Positions 1-10,922 of a stretch of 64,000 nucleotides of DNA are shown one piece after another. Origin of the DNA: an uncultured Succinivibrionaceae bacterium (lineage in GTDB: Bacteria; Pseudomonadota; Gammaproteobacteria; Enterobacterales; Succinivibrionaceae); NCBI GenBank assembly GCA_900539665.1, contig UQCV01000004.1, positions 1,818 to 65,817 of the forward strand. Direction: 5' to 3'. The notes under the pieces are model-generated. The model saw only the letters and a list, made by a program, of their open reading frames with translations, did not search any database and was not told where the DNA came from. The position numbers and the translations under genes were made by a program. How positions within the stretch are numbered: the first letter of the stretch is position 1; each line of letters opens with the position of its first letter.

Positions 1-1145
1 CTTTCTTCTCTGATGTTTTTATCCGGTTACTTAAATTCATCAGTGTCCCAATTATTGGAGTTACCATCTGCTTAACTATTGCTAAACTTGGCAGTGGGAC
101 TTCGCAAAAACGTTTGTGGCAAAAAACCTTCCTTTACACCATTTCCACCACCGTTTTAGCTGCTTTAACAGCAGCTGGTTTATATTTAATCTTAAAACCA
201 GAAAACGTTTCTCAAGTAGCAGAAGGCACTGATCCTGGGTTATCAGACTTTGGGGGATATCTCGATTACTTTGTGTCTATCATTCCTGATAATCCGCTCG
301 CTCCGCTAGTACAAGGTAAGGTTTTAAGTGTACTCCTTATTGCAATTGTAGTTGGGGTGGCAATTAGACATATTGCGGACAAATTACAATGCGAGACCGT
401 TATTAACTTCTTAGGTGGCTTACAGTCTATTATCTTCTTTATCATTAAGTGGGTAATCTTCTTCCTCCCATTGGGGATTTTTGGTTTTACCACCAATTGC
501 ATCCTCGATTTTGCTAATGGTGTGGCTTTAGGCGGACTTGGTACATACTTCACTATCGTTGTTGTAGCTAACGCAATTCAAGGTTTGATTGTGTTACCAC
601 TCTTCTTGATGGCTAAAGGCCTTAACCCTCTTAAGGCAGCTAAGGCTATGTTTAAAGCCCTGGCCGTGGCGTTCTTCTCTAAGTCTTCAGCAGGCACTTT
701 ACCTGTAACTATGAGTTGTGCTGAAAACAACTTAAAACTTAGTCCAAAAGTTTCAAGATTTGTGCTCCCAATCTGCACCACTATTAACATGAATGGTTGC
801 GCCGCATTCATTCTCACCACCGTGGTCTTCTTAATGCAAAACAATGGCGTCGAAGTAACTCCATTCCTACTCTTAACTTGGGTTGGTATTGCCACTATCG
901 CTGCTATTGGTAATGCCGGGGTCCCAATGGGATGCTACTTCATGTCAGCAAGCTTGCTTTCATCTATGAATGTACCAATTCAATTGCTTGGGATTATCCT
1001 TCCGTTCTATGCGGTACTCGACATGATTGAAACAGGGCTTAATGTATGGTCTGACTCTTGTGTTGCTAACATGGTAAATAAAGATTTAGCTAAAGAATTA
1101 GAAGCCGATGATAACAATGGCGAAGCTAATAAAGAAATAGCTTAA
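1..1145 (+). CDS. Dicarboxylate/amino acid:cation symporter (DAACS/GltP-type), 5'-partial; the reading frame is open from the window edge
   Basis: The frame is open from position 3. It encodes multiple TM helices and the SSAGTLP motif typical of the glutamate/dicarboxylate transporter family. The ORF track places the start at 114, but there is no stop upstream. Confidence 0.65.
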   Translation, partial: FFSDVFIRLLKFISVPIIGVTICLTIAKLGSGTSQKRLWQKTFLYTISTTVLAALTAAGLYLILKPENVSQVAEGTDPGLSDFGGYLDYFVSIIPDNPLAPLVQGKVLSVLLIAIVVGVAIRHIADKLQCETVINFLGGLQSIIFFIIKWVIFFLPLGIFGFTTNCILDFANGVALGGLGTYFTIVVVANAIQGLIVLPLFLMAKGLNPLKAAKAMFKALAVAFFSKSSAGTLPVTMSCAENNLKLSPKVSRFVLPICTTINMNGCAAFILTTVVFLMQNNGVEVTPFLLLTWVGIATIAAIGNAGVPMGCYFMSASLLSSMNVPIQLLGIILPFYAVLDMIETGLNVWSDSCVANMVNKDLAKELEADDNNGEANKEIA

Positions 1146-1169
1146 CTCTTAGACTTAGACCTAAATTTA

Positions 1170-1203
1170 GACACCTCCAACATTTGTTGGAGGTGTCTTT
1201 TTT
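1170..1203 (+). terminator. Rho-independent terminator after the transporter gene
   Basis: Hairpin GACACCTCCAACA-TTTG-TTGGAGGTGTC followed by a TTTTTT run. Confidence 0.8.
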
Positions 1204-1484
1204 GTTGAAATTACAACGAATAAAGACAAGTAAATCAAATCCTAATTCATGTTGGCATTTTGTTTTTTATTTTAAGTTAAGCCTTAGTCTTTAACAGTAA
1301 ATTTCACTCAGAAGAAGAGAAAACACAACTTCCTTCTAAACAAAATTTCCCCTAATTTACGAACAAAACCAGGTGCTTAGTAAAATCTTTTAATAAAATT
1401 TTCAGAAATGCAATCAAAGGCGAATTCTAATATTCTATCCTATACGCAAATAAGCCCAAGACCTCATTTCATGACTAGGCGGTG

Positions 1485-1493
1485 TGTTATAAT
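1485..1493 (+). promoter_or_regulatory. Extended -10 promoter element (TGtTATAAT) for the large secreted-protein gene
   Basis: TGTTATAAT lies about 45 nt upstream of the ATG. A 6-bp hairpin (AAACCA...TGGTTT) sits in the short leader. Confidence 0.4.
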
Positions 1494-1533
1494 CAAACCA
1501 TAATTGTGTGTGGTTTAAGTTGGGGATTTGTCT

Positions 1534-4500
1534 ATGAAAACTTCGAAAATAATTAAACTGTGTACTATTACAATCCTTGAAATAGCACTATTTCAACCAG
1601 CAGTAGCAAATTCTCCCATTCCAAATTATGCCGACGATAACGAAGACTGCATTAGAGCTCTGTACCAAATTACCACACAAGCGGAAAAAAGCTGTGGCGA
1701 CATCAGTGATAACGATATCAAAGTTTTACGATATGCTTGCTTTTGCGCCCCAATTCAAGGGAACGCACCTAGCGGACAATGCACTAATAGTGAGAATGAT
1801 GCTGAGCTAAATATTAACACCCAAGGCCATAAAGGTTTTTTTGAACTCAGTGCAAATGGGTGTTTTTCTGATCGATATATAGACAATGCTCCCCATTTCA
1901 ATATCACTCCTAATTTCTGTACTAACAAAATACACAATAATGATATTACCAAGCCTCTTGAAAATATAACGAATAATGCTTGGTTACATAAATCATCGTT
2001 TAAAGTTGTAGGTAGCGACAGAAAAACAGAAACTATCACCATGGATAGCTTGCGTGAACGCCTAATTAACATTATTAAAACAGACACTTCATGCAACAGA
2101 ATTATTGCTATAGACGACCAAACGTCTCTTAACGATCCTTCCCCATACAAGCTTTACGTTGCATTGAATGATGATTTAATTTTAAGTAAGGAAATTAAAC
2201 TAAGTAACTCTAATGAACCAGCAATTATTTTTGGAAAAAATATAACAATAAAGGGCAATGAAAGCCAAAAAAAATTAGCCCACATTCTCGCTTATGGCAC
2301 ACTTAATATTAATAATGGGGTGGAATTTTTCGGTGGGCTAAATGCCAATAAATTAAACTACACATTCACTAGCAATGACACAAGGCAAATAATTTTCACA
2401 TCTAAAGACCTGACTGGAGGGGAATGCCTTCACTGTTCAATGATTCAAAAGGCAGAAGCTAACGCTTTTCGCCTATCTCAAATAAGCAGACAAAACTCTT
2501 GTGAACAAATAATTCTGCAACTTGAAAAATGTACCTCTGGAAATTCTGAATGCACGCCTTACAAAGAAAATGGAGCCGTTGTAACCATAACCAAAAAAGA
2601 TGGAACAAGCACTACTAAAACCACTGATGAAAACGGGCGCATTAACTTAAGTAATAGCACTTTTTCCGCAAGTCTTGGAATAAATAACCAAGCTACCAAA
2701 GTATACTGTGACGCTACTACTAATACTTTAAGTGATAGCTGTACTTTTTCTGGAAATATTTGTACGGCCTCAATCAACGACGTTGGTGGGTATGTCGGTG
2801 AAACTTTACCTGTAGAAATTAAAATTCCAGGCGATGTTAAAGATTCATTCAAGGCTTCTAACGACAATACTGCAGATAGTACCGATACTGTTATAAAGGT
2901 TTACGCTAATGTAGCCACCACCCAAAATGTTTCTATAACTAATATTGATGGCACCAAGGTTTCAATCAACCTCCCTCCTAATGCGGGGACTACTACACCT
3001 ATAAACGGTGACATTGTTTTACCAAATGCAACTATCTCCTATAACGAACACTCAAAACAAACTATCATTAAGAGTACCTTAGTAGTAAATACTCTAGCGT
3101 TAGACCGCGAACCAAAAACCACTTATTTTAACTTCATCAAGCTTGAAGTCCAAAACAAAAATCCAGTCACCGGCGAAACGCCAGAAGAATTTATCTTCGA
3201 TTTTAGGCAAGAAACAACCAAACCTAAAATTAGAACTGCCCCCGTAGCCGTTTGTTTAAATGTCGACAACAAGACCCCTAGTAACTTATATCTTCTTGAA
3301 AGCGACCGCGCCTATGATTGGACTCAAAAAGCAGTTGGCTGCACCAATGAATTGTGTAAAGCTAACACTACCCCGGTTGACCAAAACATAATTGCAGATC
3401 AAAAGACCCTTAGTAAGTTTTGTGATGCGACCACAGATTTATTACCTCATGACGTTTACGACGACTGGCAACGTGAAGGCGCTTTGACCCCGTTATACAA
3501 AACTACCTTTGATGCGTGGTATCAAACTCCATCTGATGCCAATGTAATAACTCCTAGCAACCTAGCAACAGAAGATTCAACTCTTAAAAGCTCCTATGAA
3601 GCACTCAATATGTATATTGGCGACACAACCGAACGCTTAAAACTTGGTTTTACTGGCATCCACGGCTCTAGCGCCACCACCCCTAAAATAAGATTTACTA
3701 ACAATGGTTGGATTAGCGCTAGTACTTATAACCCCATTAACACCATTCCGGAACGAAAAACGTATTTTTATAGCCCAGTCTACACAGTGGTTCCGGTTTA
3801 TTTAACCCCAGGAAATGCTGACATCTTTAGTTATTACTCTTTAACGACAAGTGAAGATCTAACTAAGGTACCTGATGATTTGACCACCGTTGAAAACATA
3901 AATAAAAACAACTGCCCGCAGTACTATAATGAAAAACTTCTCTTACGCTTGAAGTTAAATGGCCGCAGTGCAACAGATAAAATCCTCACCAACATCCGAG
4001 GCTCTCTCGTTGACAACACCAAAAATGAAGTAGATTTTGTGGGCTTTAGTGTTCTACTTAAAGACGAACCAACCACCCCTACTTCAAGCTCCATTTCAAT
4101 GGCTCAAGAAAATGAGGCCAACTTTAGTAAGTTAAAGTCCCTAAAAAATTGGGACACCACAAAGGACGCTGATGGTTTTGTTTCTACCGCTTTTATGACT
4201 GCAGACAATAAATTCTCCTTATTAGGCACGCAAGAAGCAGATCCTAAGACCGTCTTTCTCGGGGTTTTAGGGCGCACCAAGATGTGTCTGGCGCCACAAG
4301 AAAAAGATGGTGCTTTCACCTGTAATTACGATGTATTTACCCGTAATGAAGTCGCAATCCCTGAAGAAGATACATTACAAAAAGGGTTCCTCGCCTCTGC
4401 GGTAAAAAACTACTATGGTTTGAGCGTAGTCCCTACAATTAGCAAGCTTGGAGACACGATAAACGGTCTTTCGACCCCGTGGAAAAACTACCACGTAACA

Positions 4501-5064
4501 TTTTTGCCTGTTAGCAAAGGCTCTGGCCCACTCCTTAAAAGTGTCGCCTTTGGGCGTTTAGTTTCTCTACCTGTAACAGGTAAGCAAGACACCTTATACC
4601 TACCGTTCACCATTCAATACTTGGACCAAAATGGTAATTGGAAGGTCCGTAAAGACCAGTGCACAACTTTAAATCTAGTCGATTACACTACACCAAATTT
4701 ACCACCAAACATGTTTTTCAAGACGGCAAAGAAAGATGGCGTACAAACTGATAAAAACGGGGTTATTAACCTAAAAGACGGAGAAGAGGTGCAATTAGGC
4801 TTTTGTACTAGCCATGACAAGAACTCTTGTAACGCAACTGCATTAGATGGGAACTTTGGGGCAGGTATACTTTGGCTTAAGGCCGAACACCAAAAAGGCA
4901 CCATTGATAAAGACTCCTACGGCCTTTTAGATCTCAAGTTTAATCCAGGAAGCAATGATAATAAGAACATTGATCATTTATTGGATAAAACAACCTCTCA
5001 AGGTGGGTTCTTGTTTAAGCAAGTTAAAAACAATCTTCGCATCATCAACGAAACAAGAGAGTAA
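1534..5064 (+). CDS. Large secreted protein of unknown function (1176 aa), N/T/S-rich, possibly a beta-helix or adhesin-like exoprotein
   Basis: ORF with a GGGGA RBS 8 nt upstream of ATG 1534 (the track start at 1528 is a TTG). It has an N-terminal signal peptide (…FQPAVA/NS) and a Cys-rich N-terminal segment. No recognisable catalytic motifs were seen. Confidence 0.6.
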   Translation: MKTSKIIKLCTITILEIALFQPAVANSPIPNYADDNEDCIRALYQITTQAEKSCGDISDNDIKVLRYACFCAPIQGNAPSGQCTNSENDAELNINTQGHKGFFELSANGCFSDRYIDNAPHFNITPNFCTNKIHNNDITKPLENITNNAWLHKSSFKVVGSDRKTETITMDSLRERLINIIKTDTSCNRIIAIDDQTSLNDPSPYKLYVALNDDLILSKEIKLSNSNEPAIIFGKNITIKGNESQKKLAHILAYGTLNINNGVEFFGGLNANKLNYTFTSNDTRQIIFTSKDLTGGECLHCSMIQKAEANAFRLSQISRQNSCEQIILQLEKCTSGNSECTPYKENGAVVTITKKDGTSTTKTTDENGRINLSNSTFSASLGINNQATKVYCDATTNTLSDSCTFSGNICTASINDVGGYVGETLPVEIKIPGDVKDSFKASNDNTADSTDTVIKVYANVATTQNVSITNIDGTKVSINLPPNAGTTTPINGDIVLPNATISYNEHSKQTIIKSTLVVNTLALDREPKTTYFNFIKLEVQNKNPVTGETPEEFIFDFRQETTKPKIRTAPVAVCLNVDNKTPSNLYLLESDRAYDWTQKAVGCTNELCKANTTPVDQNIIADQKTLSKFCDATTDLLPHDVYDDWQREGALTPLYKTTFDAWYQTPSDANVITPSNLATEDSTLKSSYEALNMYIGDTTERLKLGFTGIHGSSATTPKIRFTNNGWISASTYNPINTIPERKTYFYSPVYTVVPVYLTPGNADIFSYYSLTTSEDLTKVPDDLTTVENINKNNCPQYYNEKLLLRLKLNGRSATDKILTNIRGSLVDNTKNEVDFVGFSVLLKDEPTTPTSSSISMAQENEANFSKLKSLKNWDTTKDADGFVSTAFMTADNKFSLLGTQEADPKTVFLGVLGRTKMCLAPQEKDGAFTCNYDVFTRNEVAIPEEDTLQKGFLASAVKNYYGLSVVPTISKLGDTINGLSTPWKNYHVTFLPVSKGSGPLLKSVAFGRLVSLPVTGKQDTLYLPFTIQYLDQNGNWKVRKDQCTTLNLVDYTTPNLPPNMFFKTAKKDGVQTDKNGVINLKDGEEVQLGFCTSHDKNSCNATALDGNFGAGILWLKAEHQKGTIDKDSYGLLDLKFNPGSNDNKNIDHLLDKTTSQGGFLFKQVKNNLRIINETRE

Positions 5065-5107
5065 ATTTTTAAAGTTTAGTTCTCATTTCAATTTTAAATG
5101 AAGCTTT

Positions 5108-5147
5108 AGGCCCCTATTTTGGTCATATATAGGGGCCTAAATTTTTT
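5108..5147 (+). terminator. Rho-independent terminator
   Basis: AGGCCCCTAT...ATAGGGGCCT stem followed by TTTTTT. Confidence 0.75.
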
Positions 5148-5773
5148 CCTCACTCGCCATCCCGTTACCCAAATATAAATCATCATATAAACCATCAAAT
5201 TAATTTTGGTCCTCAAGTAGGCAAATTAAAAAATTGAGACAAAGTTAAGTTTATTTCTGGATATTTACGAGGGATAAGCTAGCCTAACTTAATGCGTAGC
5301 TCTTATAGATTCCGCCTCCAAATTAATACCCCTTCTACTCTTACTAGAAATTTTAATTGCGAATTAAAGCGTCTAGAGATAAGCGCCAAACGAACCCGCC
5401 CTTATTAAGAACATAAAGCATCCCTTAGTGCAGAGTGTAAAAGTCAACTTCATAATGTAGATTTTCGCCAATCTCAAAATGCTGTTTAACTTTAAAGAAG
5501 ATAACTTTCACCATCGATTACTAGCTTTAAATACTAGTAGCAATGTAGAGCCTTTATAAGTAAATCAGGAAGCAAGGACGGGAATAAACCCCAAAAGAAA
5601 AGGGTACGTACCTACGTATGTATCGATGAATGAAAATTAAAGAGCAAAAAAGGACCGCCAAATTACAAGAACATGGTTTTAGGCATTTAATTAGTAATAC
5701 TTAAGCTGAGCTTGAAAAAAGCCACGAAAGAAGAAAGTGCTCCCCCGCCTCCACGTCAAACAATTCATACACG

Positions 5774-5795
5774 AAAAAACCCTGCCGAGGCAAGG
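5774..5795 (-). terminator. Terminator for glgP (minus strand)
   Basis: Imperfect hairpin CCTTGCC-TCGG-CAGGG followed by a U6 run on the minus strand. Confidence 0.5.
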
Positions 5796-5851
5796 TTTTA
5801 AAATTAAAGCTTACTAAAAGCCGGAGTTTCCTCCAGGCTTTTACAGTAATA

Positions 5852-8389
5852 TTACTTAACGTCGCAAGCGTCGAGGTACCAAACGTCCTTCACGTAATCC
5901 ATGATTGAGCGGTCAGAGTTGAACTTGCCCATAGTGCATGAATTGATGATAACAGCCTTAGCCCACTGCTTCTTGTTCTTGTACATAGCGTCGATCTTAG
6001 CCTGAGCATCAGAGTAAGAAGCGAAGTCAGCAAGAGCGAGGTAAGTGTCACCACCATCGAGGAGCGCGCGCTTAATGCCAGCGAGTTCACCAGGACGGCC
6101 TGGAGTAAAGTAGTCGCTATCGAGCCAATCAAGGGCACCCTTGATTTCTTCGTTGCTGTTGTAGTAATCCCATGGGTTGTAACCCTGAGCCTTAATAGCC
6201 TTAACTTCGTCAACGTTGAGACCGAAGATAGCGTTGTTTTCTTTACCAGCTTCTTCAACGATTTCGATGTTAGCACCATCCATAGTACCAAGGGTAACAG
6301 CACCGTTCATGGCGAGCTTCATGTTACCAGTACCAGAAGCTTCGTAACCTGCAGTAGAAATCTGCTGAGATACGTCTGCAGCTGGGATGAGCTTTTCAGC
6401 AAGGCTTACACGGTAGTTAGGCATGAATACAACCTTGATCTTGCCACCAATGCGTGGATCGTTGTTGATGCGTTCGCCAACCTTATTGATAGCGTAGATG
6501 ATATCCTTTGCCATCTTATAGCCAGGAGCAGCCTTAGAACCGAAGATGAATACGTGCTTGCAAATGTCAAGATTTGGATTTGCAAGGAGACGACGGTAAA
6601 GAGCAAGGATGAACAAAAGGTTCAACTGCTGACGCTTGTATTCGTGGAGACGCTTGATCTGGATGTCGAAAATTGCATCTGCATCAACGTCAATACCAGT
6701 TTCCTGCTTAATTACCTTAACGAGCTTGAGCTTGTTAGCGTGCTTGATATCCATGAAACGCTTCTGGAATTTTGCATCATCAGCAAGTTTCTTTGCATCT
6801 CTGAGGTCATCAAGGTGGGTAGGCCATTCTGCGCCAACAACTTCAGTGTAGAGGTCAGCAAGAGCAGGGTTACAAGCAAGGAGCCAACGACGTGGAGTTA
6901 CACCGTTAGTTACGTTGCAGAACTTAGAAGGCCAAATCTTAGCGAATTCTGGGAAGAGGTCTTCACGAACGAGGTCAGAGTGAATCTTAGCTACGCCGTT
7001 AACCTTATGAGAACCAATTACACAGAGGTTGCCCATACGAACCTTGCGGCAATCGCCTTCTTCGATAAGAGAGAGCTTAGCCTTAATAAAATCGTTACCA
7101 GGGAAGGTCTGTTCGCATTCGCCTTCGAGGAATCTACGGTTGATTTCATAGATGATTTCGAGGTGACGTGGAAGAACCTTTTCAAAGAGGTATACAGGCC
7201 ACTTTTCAAGAGCTTCTGGAAGAAGAGTGTGGTTAGTGTATGAGAATACCTTGTAGCAGATACCCCATGCCTTTTCCCAATCCATGCCTTCTTCGTCAAC
7301 GAAGATACGCATAAGTTCAGGAATAGCGATAGTTGGGTGAGTATCGTTAAGCTGAATTGCAATCTTACTAGCAAATTCTGAGTAATCTACAACACCATTC
7401 TTGGTGTGAGCACGCTTGTAACGACGGAGGATATCCTTAAGTGAGCAAGCGCAGAAGAAGTACTGCTGAACGAGACGGAGGATCTTACCAGCTTCGGTAG
7501 AATCGTTAGGGTAAAGAACCTTAGAAATAGTTTCCGCCTGAGCCTTTTCGTTCTGAGCGTCAACGTAACCGCCAGCGTTAAATACGTCCCAATCAAAAGA
7601 TTCGGTAGCGCGTGATTCCCAAAGTCTGAGGATGTTTACAGTAGTGCCCTTGTAGCCAACTACTGGGATATCCCAAGGCACACCTTTGATAACCTGAGCT
7701 GGGTGCCATACTTTCTTAAGAGAACCATCTTCAGCGAAAGTGGTTTCTACGTAACCTGCAAGAGGAACTTCCTGGATTGATTCTGGACGGCAGATTTCCC
7801 ATGGGTTGCCGTATTCACGCCATGAATCAGGACGTTCGATCTGACGGCCATCACGGATTTCCTGACGGAAAAGACCGTTTTCGTAGTGGATACCGTAACC
7901 GATAGCAGGCATGTTAAGGGTTGCAAGAGAATCGATGAAGCAAGCAGCAAGACGACCAAGACCGCCGTTACCGAGAGCCATATCTGGTTCTTCTTCGCAA
8001 AGATCGGTAAGATCAAGATCCTTACCAAGTTCAGCACCAAGATCCTTTAACGCAGCGTCACAAACCTTGAAGAGGTTAAGGTTGTGAAGGTTGTTAGAGG
8101 TAAGACGACCCATAAGGAATTCTGCAGAGAGGTAATGCACTGCGCGAGTATCTTTCTTAGCGTGAGTCTGCTGAGTCTGAGTAAGACGTTCGTAAACGAG
8201 TTCATTTACTGCAGCACAGGTAGCCTTCCACCAAGCTTCCTTGCTAGCCTTGTTTTCGCTAGTGCCGAGAGTTGAGTGGAGGTGGTGAATGATCTTCTGC
8301 TTGAAAGTATTCTTGTCAATAGAAGCGAACTTAGCTGCTTCTTCAACAACAGGAGCTGAATTAGCTTCAACCTTTCTCTTAATTGCCAT
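5852..8389 (-). CDS. glgP: Alpha-glucan (glycogen/maltodextrin) phosphorylase
   Basis: 845 aa with the conserved phosphorylase N-terminus (…HYLSAEFLMGR…) and the PLP-site region. Codon usage is very strongly biased (cgt/ggt/ctt/aac), indicating high expression. It could be a malP-type enzyme. Confidence 0.85.
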   Translation of the reverse strand: MAIKRKVEANSAPVVEEAAKFASIDKNTFKQKIIHHLHSTLGTSENKASKEAWWKATCAAVNELVYERLTQTQQTHAKKDTRAVHYLSAEFLMGRLTSNNLHNLNLFKVCDAALKDLGAELGKDLDLTDLCEEEPDMALGNGGLGRLAACFIDSLATLNMPAIGYGIHYENGLFRQEIRDGRQIERPDSWREYGNPWEICRPESIQEVPLAGYVETTFAEDGSLKKVWHPAQVIKGVPWDIPVVGYKGTTVNILRLWESRATESFDWDVFNAGGYVDAQNEKAQAETISKVLYPNDSTEAGKILRLVQQYFFCACSLKDILRRYKRAHTKNGVVDYSEFASKIAIQLNDTHPTIAIPELMRIFVDEEGMDWEKAWGICYKVFSYTNHTLLPEALEKWPVYLFEKVLPRHLEIIYEINRRFLEGECEQTFPGNDFIKAKLSLIEEGDCRKVRMGNLCVIGSHKVNGVAKIHSDLVREDLFPEFAKIWPSKFCNVTNGVTPRRWLLACNPALADLYTEVVGAEWPTHLDDLRDAKKLADDAKFQKRFMDIKHANKLKLVKVIKQETGIDVDADAIFDIQIKRLHEYKRQQLNLLFILALYRRLLANPNLDICKHVFIFGSKAAPGYKMAKDIIYAINKVGERINNDPRIGGKIKVVFMPNYRVSLAEKLIPAADVSQQISTAGYEASGTGNMKLAMNGAVTLGTMDGANIEIVEEAGKENNAIFGLNVDEVKAIKAQGYNPWDYYNSNEEIKGALDWLDSDYFTPGRPGELAGIKRALLDGGDTYLALADFASYSDAQAKIDAMYKNKKQWAKAVIINSCTMGKFNSDRSIMDYVKDVWYLDACDVK

Positions 8390-8663
8390 ATTTTTTCCCT
8401 TGTTTCCCGAAAAAAGCTTCGGGTTGTTAACATAAACTGTTGTGCCATATGCGGCTGGCCAGTTTCACGAAATGTGTGACCGTCGCGTCATACATGCACC
8501 TGTACAAATAAGACAGGTAAATATTAGCTAAACATCACACTTTTTTTATTGATTTAGATCAATTTTACAAAAATAATAACGTTTTCAAGTATAAAAAAAC
8601 TATATCGGGCTTCATTTTCGTGATTTTTTACACAATCGTAACATTGAAAAAGCGGTGGTAAAT

Positions 8664-8683
8664 AATGTGATATTGATCACATT
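8664..8683. promoter_or_regulatory. CRP-like site aaTGTGAtattgaTCACAtt
   Basis: Perfect TGTGA-N6-TCACA palindrome about 280 bp upstream of the glgP start. Confidence 0.5.
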
Positions 8684-8748
8684 TGAGTTTTTACCTCCTC
8701 TTCTCACAAAACATCACTTTTTACTGACTCTAATTAATTTATTATTTT

Positions 8749-8764
8749 CGTGATCTATATCACA
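8749..8764. promoter_or_regulatory. Second CRP-like site cGTGAtctataTCACA
   Basis: GTGA-N6-TCACA. A third, weaker half-site pair lies at 8629-8644. Confidence 0.4.
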
Positions 8765-9199
8765 TATGATTAATTTATATTTTTATGAGTTTTTATTGTA
8801 TTTTTATATACGAACTCTAAGTCTTTCTTATGCCGGACTAAATGGCATAATCACATGCCGATTTTTCCACCTTTATTTACTCAGTAGGATTAAAACAACC
8901 GCCAAGTAATATACCCTCATTTGCCGTGTAATAATGTTATTAAGGTTACGCTTTAAAAAACAATAAAATCAATTTATCAAATTTTGCTTCTTTTAAATGT
9001 CCTGTAAAAAATATAGTTTCTTCTATCTAACTATCGCCCCTACCGTTCCCCCAAAAATTAAAAATAAAAACAAAAACACAATTCAAAGCCAGCCCCAAAA
9101 ACCCACCATTCAAAACCAACTCAACCTCATGAAAGGCAAAGCCATCGCTAAGTTGAGTTTCATATGCGATGGTAAAGTTACGTTTCTCCACCATGAGAT

Positions 9200-9226
9200 A
9201 AAAAAAAAACGGGCCCGAAGGTCCGT
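9200..9226 (-). terminator. Terminator for pgm, possibly bidirectional
   Basis: Hairpin ACGG(A/G)CC...GGCCCGT flanked by an A10 run on the plus strand (U10 on the minus strand). Confidence 0.6.
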
Positions 9227-9272
9227 TTTCAACTATTTATTTAAGCATGTGAACTTAAGCTTGGTTAAAATA

Positions 9273-10922
9273 TTAAACCCCAGCTTTAGCTAAAGCCGCA
9301 GATACGATTTCCTGCGCTTCTTTTTGAATCTGAGCTAAGTGTTCAGGGCTCTTAAAGCTTTCCATGTAAATCTTGTAGATTGATTCAGTGCCACTTGGAC
9401 GCGCAGCAAACCAACCGTTTTCAGTTACAACCTTAAGACCACCAATAGCGGCACCATTACCAGGAGCAGATGTTAACTTAGCAATAATTGGTTCACCAGC
9501 AAGTTCTGAAGCCTCAACGAGTGAAGGATCAAGCTTAGAGAGAACAGCCTTTTGCTGAGTATTAGCCGGAGCATCAACACGGTTATAAATTGGATCACCA
9601 AACTTAGCCTTGATTTCGTTATAAAGGATCTGAGGATCCTTACCTGTTACAGCCATAATTTCAGCTGCGAGCAAGCACATGATGATACCGTCTTTATCGG
9701 TAGTCCAAACAGTACCGTCTTTACGTAAGAATGAAGCACCCGCAGATTCTTCACCACCAAAGCCGTAAGCACCAGTAAAGAGACCATCAACAAACCACTT
9801 AAAGCCAACTGGAACTTCCTTAAGATCACGGCCAATGCTCTTAACTACACGGTCGATGATAGAAGAAGAAACCAAAGTCTTACCTACTGCCGCATCCTTT
9901 GACCAGCCTTCACGGTGAGTGAAGAGATACTGAATTGCAACTGCAAGATAATGGTTAGGGTTCATTAAACCACTCTTACAAACGATACCATGACGGTCAT
10001 AGTCAGGGTCATTTGCTACTGCGATATCAAACTTATCCTTAAGATTGATGAGGCTAGCCATAGCATAAGGGCTTGAGCAGTCCATACGAATCTTACCGTC
10101 ACGGTCAATAGTCATGAAACGGAAAGTAGGATCTACGTTGTAGTTTACAACTTCAATGTTAAGACCATAAGTCTTAGCGATAAGATCCCAATAGTAAACA
10201 CCTGAACCACCAAGTGGATCTACCCCAATCTTAATGCCAGCCTTCTTGATAGCTTCAACATCGATAATGTTGCAAAGATCATCAACGTATGGCTTACGCA
10301 TATCAACTTCAGCCACGTTTGCCATCTTAAGCGCAACAGCGATATCTACAGACTTAACATCCTTAAGACCATTTTCAAGAATTTCGTTAGCGCGGTTTTC
10401 TACCCACTTAGTGATGTTAGTATCAGCCGGACCACCGTTAGTTGGATTGTACTTAAAACCACCATCTGCTGGAGGATTGTGTGATGGAGTAATAACGATA
10501 CCATCAGCAAGATCAGAAGTACGCCCCTTGTTATAACCAAGAATAGTATGAGAAATTACAGGAGTTGGGGTGTAACCAAAATCCTTTTCAATGCGAACTT
10601 GACACCCGTTAGCTGCTAAAACTTCAATGGCAGTGTAAAGAGCTGGTTCAGAAAGACCATGAGTATCCATACCCACAAAGATTGCTCCAGTCACGCCTTC
10701 TTTCGCTCTGAATTCAGCAATAGCTTGGCTGATTGCCTTGATATGAGATTCAGTAAAAGCTGAAGTTAAAGAACTTCCACGGTGACCAGAAGTACCAAAA
10801 GCTACACGCTGTTCAGCTTTTGACATATCAGGTTTATTCAAATAATAAGCAGAAATAAGACGAGGGATGTTTTGGAGGTCTTCCAGTTTTGCAGGTTTGC
10901 CGGCATTTGGATGTAAAGCCAT
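9273..10922 (-). CDS. pgm: Phosphoglucomutase (alpha-D-glucose-1,6-bisphosphate-dependent)
   Basis: Contains the TSGHRGSS phosphoserine loop and aligns along its length with E. coli Pgm. The start was moved to M24 ([16 protein letters not shown]…), which has an AGGAAAAGGA RBS. The track start at 10991 adds 23 N-terminal residues. Confidence 0.85.
   Translation of the reverse strand: MALHPNAGKPAKLEDLQNIPRLISAYYLNKPDMSKAEQRVAFGTSGHRGSSLTSAFTESHIKAISQAIAEFRAKEGVTGAIFVGMDTHGLSEPALYTAIEVLAANGCQVRIEKDFGYTPTPVISHTILGYNKGRTSDLADGIVITPSHNPPADGGFKYNPTNGGPADTNITKWVENRANEILENGLKDVKSVDIAVALKMANVAEVDMRKPYVDDLCNIIDVEAIKKAGIKIGVDPLGGSGVYYWDLIAKTYGLNIEVVNYNVDPTFRFMTIDRDGKIRMDCSSPYAMASLINLKDKFDIAVANDPDYDRHGIVCKSGLMNPNHYLAVAIQYLFTHREGWSKDAAVGKTLVSSSIIDRVVKSIGRDLKEVPVGFKWFVDGLFTGAYGFGGEESAGASFLRKDGTVWTTDKDGIIMCLLAAEIMAVTGKDPQILYNEIKAKFGDPIYNRVDAPANTQQKAVLSKLDPSLVEASELAGEPIIAKLTSAPGNGAAIGGLKVVTENGWFAARPSGTESIYKIYMESFKSPEHLAQIQKEAQEIVSAALAKAGV

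Noticed and set aside
6554-7243. 229-aa ORF antisense to glgP, and similar antisense ORFs inside fliI, fliM, infB and gdhA
   Set aside because: Each is entirely embedded in the opposite strand of a well-supported, strongly codon-biased gene. This is typical of frame-shadow ORFs.
8997-9293. 98-aa ORF in the glgP-pgm intergenic region
   Set aside because: It lies in AT-rich, low-complexity DNA. It overlaps the pgm terminator and the pgm 3' end. It has no RBS and a K/N-rich composition, so it is likely spurious.
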